Assembly: GCF_009914755.1 (NCBI RefSeq)
Contig: NC_060930.1
DNA: 64,000 nucleotides
Source of the DNA: the human T2T-CHM13v2.0 reference genome, Homo sapiens
Direction: 5' to 3' (one strand)
Under the pieces are notes generated by a model. It saw only the letters and a list, made by a program, of their open reading frames with translations. It was not told the origin of the DNA and made no database searches. The translations under genes and the position numbers were made by a program. Below are positions 1 to 13,512 of this stretch, one piece after another. Numbering within the stretch: position 1 is the stretch's first letter; each line of letters opens with the position of its first letter.

Positions 1-799
1 ATTAATGAATCATAGCCAGAATCCCCCTGCATGAAAATATCTCCCCATGGGCCTGAAATTCCCCTCTTTGGTGTTAAGCGTCACTCCCTCCTTTCTAAGA
101 TGTAAATTCTCCTGGCCAGGATGACCTAACAGGATGACCTGTTCTCCCTGATGCCCAGGAAGAAATGACTTGTCTGATCCTTTCCGCCTCTAGCTCTGGC
201 CCCATCATCCATGGGCCATGTGGCCTTGAACACATTGTTTTACCTCCCAAAGCCTCAGGTCCTTCATCTGTAAGGTGGGGATAATAGTTGTACTCCATGT
301 GATGGCTGTGGGGATAATAGTTGCACTTCATCTGATGGCTGTGAGGACTGATCGTGTTATAGATATGCAGCAGGGAAATGTCTCACTTTACAGGTGAAGA
401 AATTGAGGCACAAAGATGGGGAATGACATAGACAATATGCTAGAACCCAGGTCTCCTGCCTCCCCTGCTCCAGCTCCTTCTTGCACACACTACTCCCCTC
501 CCTGCCAGGGTGCAGAAGTTGAGGCGGCCAAGAAATGTTGACGGTTGGGAAATCCCGGAACATAATTTCCATCAAGGGCTTATTGGGGTTGCCTAGAGCT
601 CGCTGAGGTGTTGTGTGTGGAGGTGACCTGCTGGCATTCTTTCTGTCTTCCCACAGTCATCCTCACACCACTCAGGGCAGAGTGCAAAAGTCAGACCAGG
701 CACAACGCAACCTTTAAAATGGTCAATTCCATCCCCAGGGAAGGTTCCAGAGCTGGAGGCAGCTGCAGGGTTGCTATGGCAACTGCAGAGCCTGCTCAC

Positions 800-1043
800 C
801 ATAGCTGCTGGAGATGGAAGGCCGATGGCCGCTGACACACAGGGGCAGAAAGCTGGACTTCTTGGGTGGCCAGGCCTCTGGACTGGAAACATCTGCAGCC
901 CCCCTCTTGGCCTCCTCGGAGCCGTGTTTCTTGGGGTTTGTCTTTGAGGTTCTCTTGAGGCTTGTCTTTTTCTCTTGGGATTTCTTCCTAACAGCTGGTG
1001 CTGGGTTTGGCAGGGCCACCCCCAGCTGTGAGGCCAGAGATTG
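800..1043 (-). CDS. BNIP5: BNIP5 coding exon (4th coding exon, QSLASQLG...SISSSY-G); gene continues beyond left edge
   Basis: Acceptor ccaacag|CAA at 1044/1043, donor G|gtgagc at 800/799; 244 nt, phase 0 to 1; translation lies in ORF 774..1433 and matches recalled BNIP5 protein. Confidence 0.92.
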
Positions 1044-1319
1044 CTGTTGGGGAGAGGAGAAAAACTGGTCAGGTTCATGACACTGAGAGGGGGAAAGCTC
1101 TCTGGAGGCAAGTGAAGAGCAGCCAAGCTGCAAGATGGCCCCGAGAGAGGGGAGGCAGCAGAGCCCAGAGCAGGGGGAGGGCTGAGTTCTGAAGCTGCAG
1201 AAGGAGGCTTCAGGGAAGGAATGGACTAGAGCCCGGCCTGCAAGGACAGGTGGAGCTTGGCAGAGGAGGAGGAGGAGAAGGCAGAGAGCCCCTGGAGACC
1301 TGCAAAGTTTACTCCTCAC

Positions 1320-1384
1320 CTCTTCTTCCCACTGGTCTCCCACTCTTTTGAGCAATTCCACTATCATCTGAATGATAGCATCCT
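1320..1384 (-). CDS. BNIP5: BNIP5 coding exon encoding BH3-like helix ([22 protein letters not shown])
   Basis: Acceptor cag|AG at 1385/1384, donor GAG|gtgagg at 1320/1319; 65 nt, phase 1 to 0; LKRVGD fits the BH3 L-x-x-h-G-D consensus. Confidence 0.92.
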
Positions 1385-2887
1385 CTGGAAGAAAGCAAAT
1401 GCATCCGGTTATTCTTTCTAAATGCACTGACAACTCCTTCTAAATTACCATCTTGGATAGTTCTCTTAAACAACTCTTTAGGCCACACAATGGAGGGAAA
1501 GCACCACATCCCAGGGGCAGGTTCTTCTGAGAGAAGGTTGGAAGATCCACCGGGGAAGGCACTAAGCCAAATCATGACACTTTATGCAGGAAATTTCAGG
1601 TCAGCCCTTCAGGCATTCAACCTGTGCCCCACTATTTCCTTTGAAAGTCACAGATCTAGGAACGTCTACTTTGGGTTCAGTAAGCTGTGTGACCTTGAAT
1701 AAGTTTCTTAACCTCTCTGGGCCTTTATCTCTCCCAGTGAAATGTGGGTGATAATCTTTGTCCTGCCTCCCTCAGAAAGCTGTCAAATGAGGGACTGGGC
1801 TTGAGAGCACTTTGCAAGGCTAATGTTGATCTTCCAACCTGCAAAATTCCAGTGGGAAAATGGTAGATACCTGGGCTAACTAAGGTGGAGGATGAAAGGA
1901 TGTCGGTAGGCATGACACAGAGACAGCCTGCCACGCTGATGCCTCAGCCACACCCCCATGTCTGCACGGAGAAGCCACTGACAATGGAAATGGTTTCCTT
2001 TGATACCCCAGTCAGCCTATTCAAGGACAATGTGCCCACACTGTCCTCTGCTAGGTGCCAGCTGATGAGTTTACATGAAAAGAGATGCAAACAAGGTTCC
2101 CTGTTCCCAGGCTGTCTGTGGGTTTGCTTTTTTTTTTTTTTTTACTCCTAACTTCCCTGTCACTTATAAATTGTCTGGCTTTTGTCGCTTGACTCAGCTA
2201 CCAGCTGGTTCCCTCTCATGTAAGAAAACAATTAGCTGCAAAATAACTAACTCAATGCCTCTTAGTTATTCTTTGACATATGCATAGCTCCTTCATTTCA
2301 TATATGCTAAAATATGCTCATCTTTTTTACAGGGAATTAGATGAATAGGGGATTATGCTCCATTTATTAGGAGCACTCATGGTATTGTGGTTTTGTGTGA
2401 GACTGCACTTATCTTTTGGAGATGCATGTTTAAGTATTTAGGGATGAGGCATGATTTACTCCAAAATGATTCAGCAACAAAATGATACCCACACAAAGCA
2501 AACTGGCAGAGTGTAAACAACTATAAGTATACAAGTTGTGGCAGCGTGTAAACAACTGTGAGTATACAAAGCATTGAATGATACTTTTCATTCTTCTACA
2601 TATTTTTTAAAGTAAAATAAATTTTAAAAGACTAAGAAAAGTTCCGTTTTCATTAACACATAAGGCAGAAGCATTTGCCAGCAGCATTTCCAATTCCCCA
2701 GCCTCCCTTCTGTGAAATTCTAAAATAAGCAAACGTGGCCAGAAGCACCAAAAGAGGCAAGAAAGGCCAGTGCATGTATTTTGAGAACCACCATCCAAGG
2801 TCTCAGTAATCATTCAGAACAATCCGTCTCATTCAGTAACAGCCACCTCAGCCACAGGCAAAAAGGTCACTAGAGATTCCGACTCAC

Positions 2888-3004
2888 GGTCAGGCTTTTT
2901 GAGCTCCTCTTCTTGCTGATGACCTGTGGCATGGGGAGAAACATCCAAAGCTCCAGTACCATCCACTTTGATGAGGAAGGACTGGTGATCAGAATCTTCC
3001 CCAC
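2888..3004 (-). CDS. BNIP5: BNIP5 coding exon ([10 protein letters not shown]...ELKKPD)
   Basis: Acceptor ttccag|GT at 3005/3004, donor C|gtgagt at 2888/2887; 117 nt, phase 1 to 1; in ORF 2829..3152. Confidence 0.92.
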
Positions 3005-3818
3005 CTGGAATAGAGACGAAAGCAAACGGGTATGTAGGTGTGTATGTGCGTGTGTCAGTGACATTCTCCTGACTTTGTTCATCAACACGAGAAAACAGCA
3101 CAGAATTCACAGTGCAACAGGTGCTGCTGCAGCCCGCTCTAGGCTTAACCAAAAAATCAGAAACCCACTAAGATTTTTATTTGAGAAGAGGCTGCTTCCA
3201 CCAAGACACCTCTCTCGCTAACCCCCTCCCCGCAAATCCTCAGTCTTCTCCCCATCATAAACACTGAGTTTTGAGTGCTGCAAGGCAGAGCCCCCCTCCC
3301 TCTAGGTGCCAGTGGGCATTCAGCTCCAGAGCCTTGGGAGGCAGAATAGGAAGGCACCTTGGGAGCCAGCACCCTTATTTACATGTGGGGAATCAAAAGT
3401 TCTAGAGGGAGCAGCTCAAGCTCAAGGTCACACAGCAAGTTTACTCCTGATGGAGCCAAGTCTAGAACCAAGGCCTGGAAGCAGCAGCCCAGAAGCACAT
3501 AGGCACCAGTGGGGTGGGAGCAGGGCTTTGCTCCTCACCCAGCTCCCTGCTTTCTCATTTCTCCTAGGTCTGTGCTCCTAAAACTATAGGAGTTGGCAAT
3601 AACAGCTATTGTGCACTAAGCACTTTCCTTGTGGGCTGTGGCCACTCCATGAGACAGTAACGTTATATTTATCTTCATTTTATCCATGAAAAAAGTTGAG
3701 GCTCAGAGAGGAAAGCTGCCTCCCTGGGCCACACAGCTTGTGAACGGCGGCACTGTGAGTGGTTCTCCCTGGAGCGCTCAGCCACGGTGCTGTTCTACCT
3801 CAAAGAAATGTCACAGTG

Positions 3819-4250
3819 GGCCGGGCGTGGTGGCTCACACCTGTAATCCCAGCACACTAGGGGGCCACAGCCCGTGGATCACTTGAGTCCAGGAGTTCAA
3901 GACCAGCCTGGCCAACATGGTGAAACCCTGTCTCTGCTAAAAAATACAAAAATTAGCCAGGCGTGGTGGTGGGCACCTGTAGTCCCAGCTACTCGGAAGG
4001 CTGAGGCAGGAGAATCACTTGACCCTGGAGGAGGAGCTTGCAGTGAGCCAAGATCATGCCACTGCACTCCAGCCTGGGCGACAGAGGCTCCATCTCAAAA
4101 AGAAAAAAGAAAGAAAGGAAGAGAGAGAGAGAAAGAGAGAAAGAAAGGAAAGAGAAAAGAGAGAAAGAAGAAGGAGGAGGAGGAGGAGAGGAAGGAAGGA
4201 AGGAAAGAAGGAAGGGAGGGAGGAAGGGAGGGAGGAAGGAAGGAAGGAAG
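3819..4250 (+). mobile_element. Alu whose tail became a GA/GGAA/GGGA microsatellite
   Basis: Full Alu 3819-4110; degenerate TSD gtcacagtgg / gtcacagcgg brackets Alu plus purine tract. Confidence 0.9.
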
Positions 4251-4370
4251 TCACAGCGGTGCCGGCCCCTGACAGCTCCCCCGACTATCCCTGTCCCTCT
4301 GTGGAGAGGCTCCTGGAGCAAGTTTAGAGCACCCTAGGGGTTGCCATAGGAACAGGCACGGTCCGCTCAC

Positions 4371-5353
<983 letters not shown>

Positions 5354-5589
5354 AAACAGCTCCCTCAGCAGAGGCCTCCTGGGCACACCAAAGTTGGCTC
5401 CTGGTGCTGACCAGTGGGCCCATTCACCCTGCCCACTAACGTGAGTAGTGTCAACAATTTCTCAAAGCTGTTGTCTTGTGCAAATTCCCCCAAAACCCTC
5501 GGGGAATGGGGGTCATTATTCTCATTTTCCAGAGGATAAAACTGGACCACAGGAAGATTGTGCTCAGATCTCAGGGCTGGTCAGCCGCA

Positions 5590-5751
5590 CCTCCAGAGCC
5601 CCTGAAAGGAACATAGCCCTGTCCACACCTAGGTTTTAGTCTATCGAGACTGATGTGGGACTTCTCCAGAACTGCATGATAATTAATTCATCTTGTCCAA
5701 AGCCACTGGGTCTGGGGGCTTTTGTTACAGTAGCAACGGAAAACGAATACA
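5590..5751 (+). mobile_element. MLT1 LTR 3' fragment
   Basis: gacttctccagaactg...ttgttacagtagcaacggaaaacgaataca terminus. Confidence 0.6.
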
Positions 5752-6299
5752 GCCGGAGCCAGAGGCCTGGTCCTGCCCCTCACTAGCCTTGGGACTTTGG
5801 GCAGCTCAGGCACCTTTTCTGGCCCCGTGTTCTCATCTGAAGCATGCCTGAGCCCTGCCCTCTCTCACAGGCTGTCATGAATATTCCACGAGGCAGCTCC
5901 GTCAGTGGCAACTCTTTTCTTCCAACTGCTCAAGCCAGAAATGTAAAGTCACCCCTGACTTCTCTCTTTTTTTAAAAAATAAATAATTTTATTTAGAAAA
6001 TAGATATGGGGTCTTGCTGTGTTTGTGCAGGCTGGTCTCAAACTCCTGGGCTCAAGTGATCAACCTACCTCGGTCTCTCAAAGTGCTGGGATTACAGGCA
6101 TGAGCCACTGCTGGCCTCCTTTCTTTCTTTTACCCCCACATCGACCCATCAGCAGAGCCTGTTGGCCTCACTCTCATAGAGCCTGTCCTCACCCTGACGG
6201 CCCCCTGTGGTCTCTAGGTCCCCATCTGCACTCACCTGAGCTGTTACCACCACCTCCTAACTGACCTCCCTGCTCTCCTCTTGCCCTCCTTACAGTAAC

Positions 6300-6840
6300 T
6301 TCTCCCCTTTGCAGCTGTGGGGGCTTTTAAAACAAAAGTTACTTCCCTTCCTCCAAGAGGTCCCCTTTCACTCAAAGTCTTTAAAGCGGCTGTCACACCC
6401 CACACGTCCCAGCCTCCATCACCCCTCTGACCACATCTCTCTCACTCCACTCCACGCACACAGCCCTGCTTGCTGTCCTTCAGGCCCGCCTGCCTCAGGC
6501 CCTTCACACTGGCCAGTCCCTCTTTCTAGAACATTCTTCCCTCATGGAAAGAATGAGTTTGTTCATGGTTTGTTCCCTCACTTCCTTTGAGGCTGTACTT
6601 AACTGTCACCTTCCCATCGAGGCCCTCCCTGCCTATTGCCCATCAGCACACCCTTTCCCCTCCTACCCTACGGCCTGGTGGTGTGCAATGTCGTGTCTTT
6701 ATGTGTTTAGTTGTTTCCTGTCTGAGTCTCTCTCCATCTCCTGTGTTTATTTTGCTAGGTCTTCTATCTTTGAGTGCCTAGAACAATGTCTAGCATATCA
6801 CTGCCACTCAATAAGCACTTATTAAACAAATGAATAGATG
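6300..6840 (+). mobile_element. L2 3' fragment
   Basis: gtgcctagaacaatgtctagcata...caataagcacttattaaacaaatgaat L2 terminus. Confidence 0.6.
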
Positions 6841-9800
6841 TATAACACATTTAGTAAATGGCACAACACGTAAGGTATCTTTGGATGTGTAGTTAACATG
6901 AAATCAGTGCTTTCGGGCCAATTTCATCTTAGAGCAGTGGGGGCTCTTCCATTCTCCATCCAGAATGAAGCAGCGGCCAATGAAAAATGACAAAAAAAAA
7001 ACCTTTCCCACCTGGGCAGCATTTCAAGCCCGCCTAGGTGTGGGCAGTGCATTTGATTTGTGTGTCTTTAATCTAAAACTCTTGGGGCTTTCCAATTTTT
7101 CCAGAGTTGTTCAGAAGGCCTCTTCCCTTCAGTGGAAGGTAAAAGAAAAATAAAATATGGTTTTGAATGCCAAACCTGAGCCCCTGGAGAGTCCTATGGA
7201 GTTTAGGACCACAGGTTGCCTGCTCTAATTTGTCATTATAGCTTTAGCATGCATTGACCAAGTAATGTTTAGTGGTATGGGATGTACTGTAAAATGTATT
7301 CTATTGCTATGCTCAGCTTAGAGGCAAAAATAAGAATCTATAATTGCGATTTCTTATGTGTGGGATCCACAGGAAAGTGAAGAAGATACAGAGAAAGAAG
7401 AAAAGAAATGGGAACACACATATTTGAAGGTGACACGAACATTTGGGATGCCTTCCCTCCTCCAAGCACCAGTATGGGAAGGAAACCAGATGGTATTGCA
7501 GCCCCAGGTCGCTGAGGCCAGAGGCCATTGGGGCCGAGTGTCCACACGTGGACGACCTTGGAGGAAATGAGAAATCAGGTCGGGGAGGAGGCAGGCAATT
7601 TAAAAGGACTTATTTGTTGTTTAATGTTCCTTAAAAGGAACATCTGGGCTACATGGAAACTTTTAGCAATATGTATCTGTACCTTATATGGAAATTCACT
7701 AATGTTCCTGAAAGGCTCAGAGACTGGCTGCCTTATGGTTGTGTTTCCAAAGACGATGCAGGGTAGGACAAGGAGAAGAGATCATAGAGGAAAATATTTA
7801 TGTTTGTTCTCACTTATTTCTCTCAACATTTAATAAGCACCCACTCTGCACCAGAAATTATGCTCAGTGCTAGGGATACAATCATGAACAAGATGCAGTG
7901 TGTGCCCCCAGAGGGAATATTCTGGTCTTCTCTGAATGCGCAGGAATAAGGATGTGAGTACACAGTGATGACAGCAATGTCCCATTCCCCTGCATCTGCT
8001 CTCTCTTCAGAGGCACATGGTCTTAAAAGAAGATAAATTTAGGTTGAAGTTCTATGTGATTTAAGCTCACATTTAAAAAAGAGTAAGCTGACCAGAAATA
8101 TTTACTGAACGGTGTCAGGGTTCTCTCTGCATTTTCCATATGTTCCTGTGGTCAGGGAAAATTGGATGGGGTTGTCAGAGAAGCTGTTCATTAACAAAAC
8201 CACAGAACCAGGACACTCTTGTTCAGCTCAGCCTCTCTTCCGTCTGCACAGATTTGGCTCCATGGGACCCATCGCACGGAGGACCGGCGCTTCCTTACCC
8301 AGTTAACGGGAAGAGAGATGCAGTAATCTTTTAAAAAGCTGTCATTGCTATGGAAACGGTTTTCGCCATTGCCAATGGCAGCAGTATCCTCCTACCACAT
8401 TCCAAGGACACGCTGCTCCTCCTGATCAGAACATTAACACAATCCCACCAGCACATGCTTTCCCTGATGTTTTTTCAGGAAAGCTGCGGTGATTTGGCCG
8501 CTCCCTCCCTGGAATAACCGGTGCCCTGAGCCCCCGGGGAGATGAGAGGAACTAAGGCCAGGAGCCCCCGCAGCTGCTGCTGCTGAGCCCAGAGGCAGGC
8601 AGGAAGGGGGCCTCTGCTATCCAAGAGTTTCCCCAGTGAAGAGATTCCAGGGTCTCCCAAGGTTTCCTAATTCCAAATCCAGTGGCCTCTTCCCATGTCT
8701 TGTCCTCCCTTACGTGCTTCAGTATTTGATACCAGCCCTACTTCCTTCTTTTCTCTTTCCTCTCTGGGTGGCTGTGACTGTCCTCAGTCCAGCTCTCTCC
8801 TCCCTCTCCCCCGCTCCAACTGCTCCTCCTCTGTAATGTTCCAAAGATTGTCTTCAGCTCTAGGCCAGGGATTGAGACAGCGCGGCTGACTGGGGAAGAC
8901 ACACCCACACGCCCCCAGGAAGACCCCTGAAGAACCTCTGCGGATGGGGTGTCCTCAGTCTCTAAGCCCTGGGAAGCTTGTCTTTTAATCCTAATAACCT
9001 CCCCTTTCCTACATGTGCCAAAATTAAACCGTTCAAGACTTTCCAAATATAAAATTCTGCTATCCAGGATTTATCAAAGCAAGACTTTCCTTTCCTTTCT
9101 TCTTCTTTTTTTGTTTTGTGCCCCAGGTGCTCAACTACGTTCAGTCCGACCACCAGGGAATCCCACCCTGTGCAGACTGTGCTCCAGACCAGGAATCCTA
9201 AGTGAGCAGCGTGGTCTCACTATGCGGAAACCCAGCTGATCTTGTAAACTTGTTATTGCCTTGGCCGAAAGTGGATGTCAGAGCAAAGTCCAAATCAGCT
9301 CAGAAATACCCAAGTGATCTGCACATCACAAGACTGCTTCTGATAAGATGTGACATTTACCGGTGACATGTCCAGCAACAGCAACAAAGAACCAGAGAAG
9401 GCTCACAAAGCTGACCCTGGAACGGGAAGTTTGCTTGCCTTCCCCAAGCTTGCTGCTGTGTGTTGTTTACTTTCTAAGTTGCACGGTGACCTCATCTCTA
9501 TGCTGTTCTCTAATTTGTTCACCTGGCCGCGTTACTCTCTAACTGCTCTGGTGCCTTTCATGGAGATAACTTCGCGGCTCCCCTTCTCCACCCCATGATT
9601 CACACAATAGAAACTTCACAGAGAGCCAACCTGCTGCACACCCACAGCAGCACCCTGAGGGACAGAGTGTGTGGCACACACACGTGGACCCACAGTCAAC
9701 ACCACAGACATCCACGTGTCACCAGAACACACTTGTGCACACCACAGACCAACATGGACTCAAGACGCCCTGTATTTCTCCTGTCCCAAGTGTAAGGGAA

Positions 9801-11001
9801 TAATTATGTGACCAAGCTCACCGCTTGCCATCGGTCCTAACTCTAAATTCCATGAGAGGGGACCTGAGCCTGGGAGGCTCTCAGTGTTTGTGAAACAAAC
9901 AAATGATACACAGGCATGTGCAAACCCAAACCAGCTCACCTTCATGCAGCCACACGGCGTCCAGAGAGCCGTTTCATTGACATGATCTCATTTCATCTTT
10001 GCCAGGAGCAGTGAATCAGATGGGCTAACAGTGGGGCACTGAGGCTCCGGACCATTAAGAGACACGCCCAAGGTCACATAGCCGGGAAGCAGAGAGCTGA
10101 GACTCTCCCACTTCTCCCGATTCAAATCCTACATTCTCTATTCTACACCAAATGGCCTCATGTAAGCATAGATACACATGCACGCACTTACACATGGACT
10201 TAGGGGAGAAACCTGCTATTTCACACTGATGGAGGTAATCACAGTCACATACACACCTACCATGACCTATGCACATGGAGTCACACAATCACGTGTGCCT
10301 AGGTATAGACACCCATGCCCTCCCCACCCCATTCTGTCCTCTATCCAAGACCACGGGCAATGCAACACTGTGTGAGGAGTCGGTCAGGACTGTGGGTTAT
10401 AATCCACCTCCCAGCCTCTACATTCCCATCCAAGAGAGCAGTAGACCATGAGTTATTTTAATAAGATTTCCCCATTCTTGGACTAACTTCCAAAAACCTT
10501 AAAACTCATAGAACCTTAATTTAACCATAGGTCATAATAACACCTCTCATTTATCAGGGGGTTCCCTCATGTACCTTCACATAAAGTCTATAACTTGACC
10601 TCTACCACATCCTGAGGGAAACTAGCAGGTGAGCTATGTAATGCTGCCCCATCCTACAGACAAGAAAACTGAGGCCCAAGGAAGTGAAGTTCCTTGCTCA
10701 GGGTGGCGGCTAATAAGCAGGATTGGGACTTGAATACAGAGTTTTAAGTCCGAGTGAGCCCAGAGCCCTTTGAGAAACACCCCGTTGAGATAATGTCATT
10801 GAACCTTGCTCCCTCTTTTTAGAGATAAGAAAACTGATCCCCCACCTCCACCCCCATTGCCTCTCTGGGAGGGCCCAGCATGCTGGAAGCAGCATTGGGA
10901 CTGGACTCTTGGTTTGACACCCAGGACTAAACTCTTCTCCGGACCCCAAGATACATACCCACTGCTCCCGCCCCCAAAGGAGAGGGTATTGTTCAACCAA
11001 C

Positions 11002-11171
11002 CTTGGACCACAGAAATCGCTTCTGTCCTGAACACCCTGGGCTGGGATCTTCAGACAAGAGGTCTCTGTGTTAGGCTCTGCTCCCTGTCAGCTGGAAGTT
11101 GTGTCCAGTGAGAAGTCAGACCCAGCTCTCCCAGGGAGAAGATGCCACTACTTTGGTGCTGGCAATTTTCT
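11002..11171 (-). other. BNIP5: Candidate non-coding first exon of BNIP5 (5' end approximate)
   Basis: TATA-like TATATAT about 30 nt upstream (11207-11201) and donor-like CAAG|gttggt at 11002/11001; position agrees with recalled gene extent; not proven from sequence. Confidence 0.55.
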
Positions 11172-11200
11172 GAGTGTCTCAGAAGATGCTTTGGCCGTCC

Positions 11201-11207
11201 ATATATA
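11201..11207 (-). promoter_or_regulatory. TATA-like box of BNIP5 promoter
   Basis: Minus strand reads gTATATATgg; GATA site TGATAAG nearby at about 11318. Confidence 0.5.
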
Positions 11208-11820
11208 CAGTATCTCCCAGGAACTGAGCTCATGGCAGCCAATCCAGAGAGCCATGGGCTGGCTCACCTTCCTCCACCTGTTACCACCCATCCCAGGACT
11301 GCTCCCCGCTCCTCCAATGATAAGAGGCTTAGCTCAGCTACCCTGGAAAAAACAGTTTCACTTGTCAACTTCCTTATTGCACCCAAACCCCAGTAAGAAA
11401 CCAAAGCTCAGAAAATAACCTAAGGTCTGGCTGGGGAAAACCCCACCTGTAGAGTTGAAAACAAGACTTAATGGGAAATGCAGGTTAGGGGGAGAAAGTC
11501 GAGGTGGCTTTATTGCCTTTACAACATCCCTCAGTTATCTTTGAAGATTAGTGGGGAGGGAGGTACCTAGAAAGAAAGGTCAGCGATGGGATACATACAT
11601 CCCTTGACCTGGAGACAACCCAGAAGGAAGAGCCCACAAGAGCCACGTGTTCCAGATCTGCTATGCCCGGGAAGGGTTGCCATGGATCTTGAGAGAACAT
11701 TCTAAGAAGTCTTAAAAAGTCAGATTTCCACTTTCTGTAATGCCTTATTTTAAAAAATAGAGTGTAAATACATGTTTATAATCAGAAAAGAAAAACATGT
11801 TTTATTAAAATGAAAGCAAA

Positions 11821-12142
11821 GGCCGGGCACGGTGGCTCACACCTGTAATCCCAGCAATTTGGGAGGCTGAGGCAGGCGGATCACCTGAGGTCAGGAGTTC
11901 GAGACCAGCCTGGCCAACATGGCGAAACTCCATCTCTACTAAAAATACAAAAATTAGCCAGGTATGGTGGCAGACACTTGTAATCCCAGCTACTTGGAAG
12001 GCTGAGGCAGGAAAATCACTTGAACCCAGGAGGCAGAAGTTGTAGTGAGCTGAGATCGTGCCACTGCACTCCAGCCTGGGTGACAGAGTGAGACTCTGTC
12101 TCAAAAAAAAAAAAAAAAAAAAAAAGAAAAAAAAAGAAAAAA
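11821..12142 (+). mobile_element. Alu (AluS-type)
   Basis: Alu consensus with long A tail. Confidence 0.9.
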
Positions 12143-12311
12143 ATATTAAGAAATTCTGTTTTGGTTCATTAACACAGGGAGGCATCACAAAATATATATG
12201 GAAGCACCAAACTTTGGAGTCAGCCCCATCTGGAGACACCTGCCAGCTGTGTAACCACAGCAGGGGACATGATGTCACTGAGCTTGTGCTCACTTATAAA
12301 ACAAGTAGTCA

Positions 12312-12833
<522 letters not shown>

Positions 12834-13239
12834 ATGTATGGAGTGCCAGACATCTTTCTTTCTGTGTATTAACAGTGCCTGGTACTTGTAAGGGCTCAAT
12901 AAAGGGCCAATGTTTTATTACGGGCAACAGAGTTATTAATGCTTCATTCATTCTGTCAACAGGTTTTGGATCCAGCTATGTGACAGACACTGTCTCAGCA
13001 CTAAATTTAGAATTTATTAGTCCAAGAAGTCACTCAGCCTTCAAACAAATGTTAAATAATATTACATATTTTTCATTTATTTAATGAAACTATTGTGTCA
13101 ACCACTTCTTCCAGGCCCTGTGTGTATTGTATGTGTTCTTTCTTATTCCAAGGTGAATATGCCCAGCCTGGCCCAGCCCTCATGGAGTCCATAAAGTAGT
13201 TGGGAAGAGAGAAACACACAGAGAAAAATCATACAAGCA

Positions 13240-13512
13240 AGCAGAAGGGAATAGGAAGTTGTTTAATGCGTACAGAGTTTCAGTTTGAGAGGAATGTGGT
13301 ACCACTACCTCCACCATTCAACCATCTCCACAACTTTTGAGATGTGGAGGATTTTCACAAGGCACACTCAAACTCAACTTTTGAGTTTGGAGATGGTTCA
13401 ATGGTGGAGAGTGGTACAACAATCAAAATGTGCTTAATGCCACTGCACCGTACACTTTAAAAAGGTTACAACAGTCAACTTTATGTCATGCATATTTTAC
13501 CACAATAAAAAG
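13240..13512 (+). mobile_element. L1M 3' UTR fragment with rearranged insertion
   Basis: tacagagtttcagtttg...cttaatgccactg...ttttaccacaataaaaa. Confidence 0.7.

Noticed and set aside
547-556. Isolated kB consensus GGGAAATCCC (others at about 39365 and 58427)
   Set aside because: Single 10-mers without supporting context are expected by chance in 64 kb
774-1433. 219-aa ORF as a single-exon gene
   Set aside because: It is two BNIP5 exons joined through an in-frame 276-nt intron with canonical splice sites
3874-4337. K/E/R-rich and F/L/P/S-rich ORFs (also 12538-13084)
   Set aside because: Translations of Alu plus purine microsatellites
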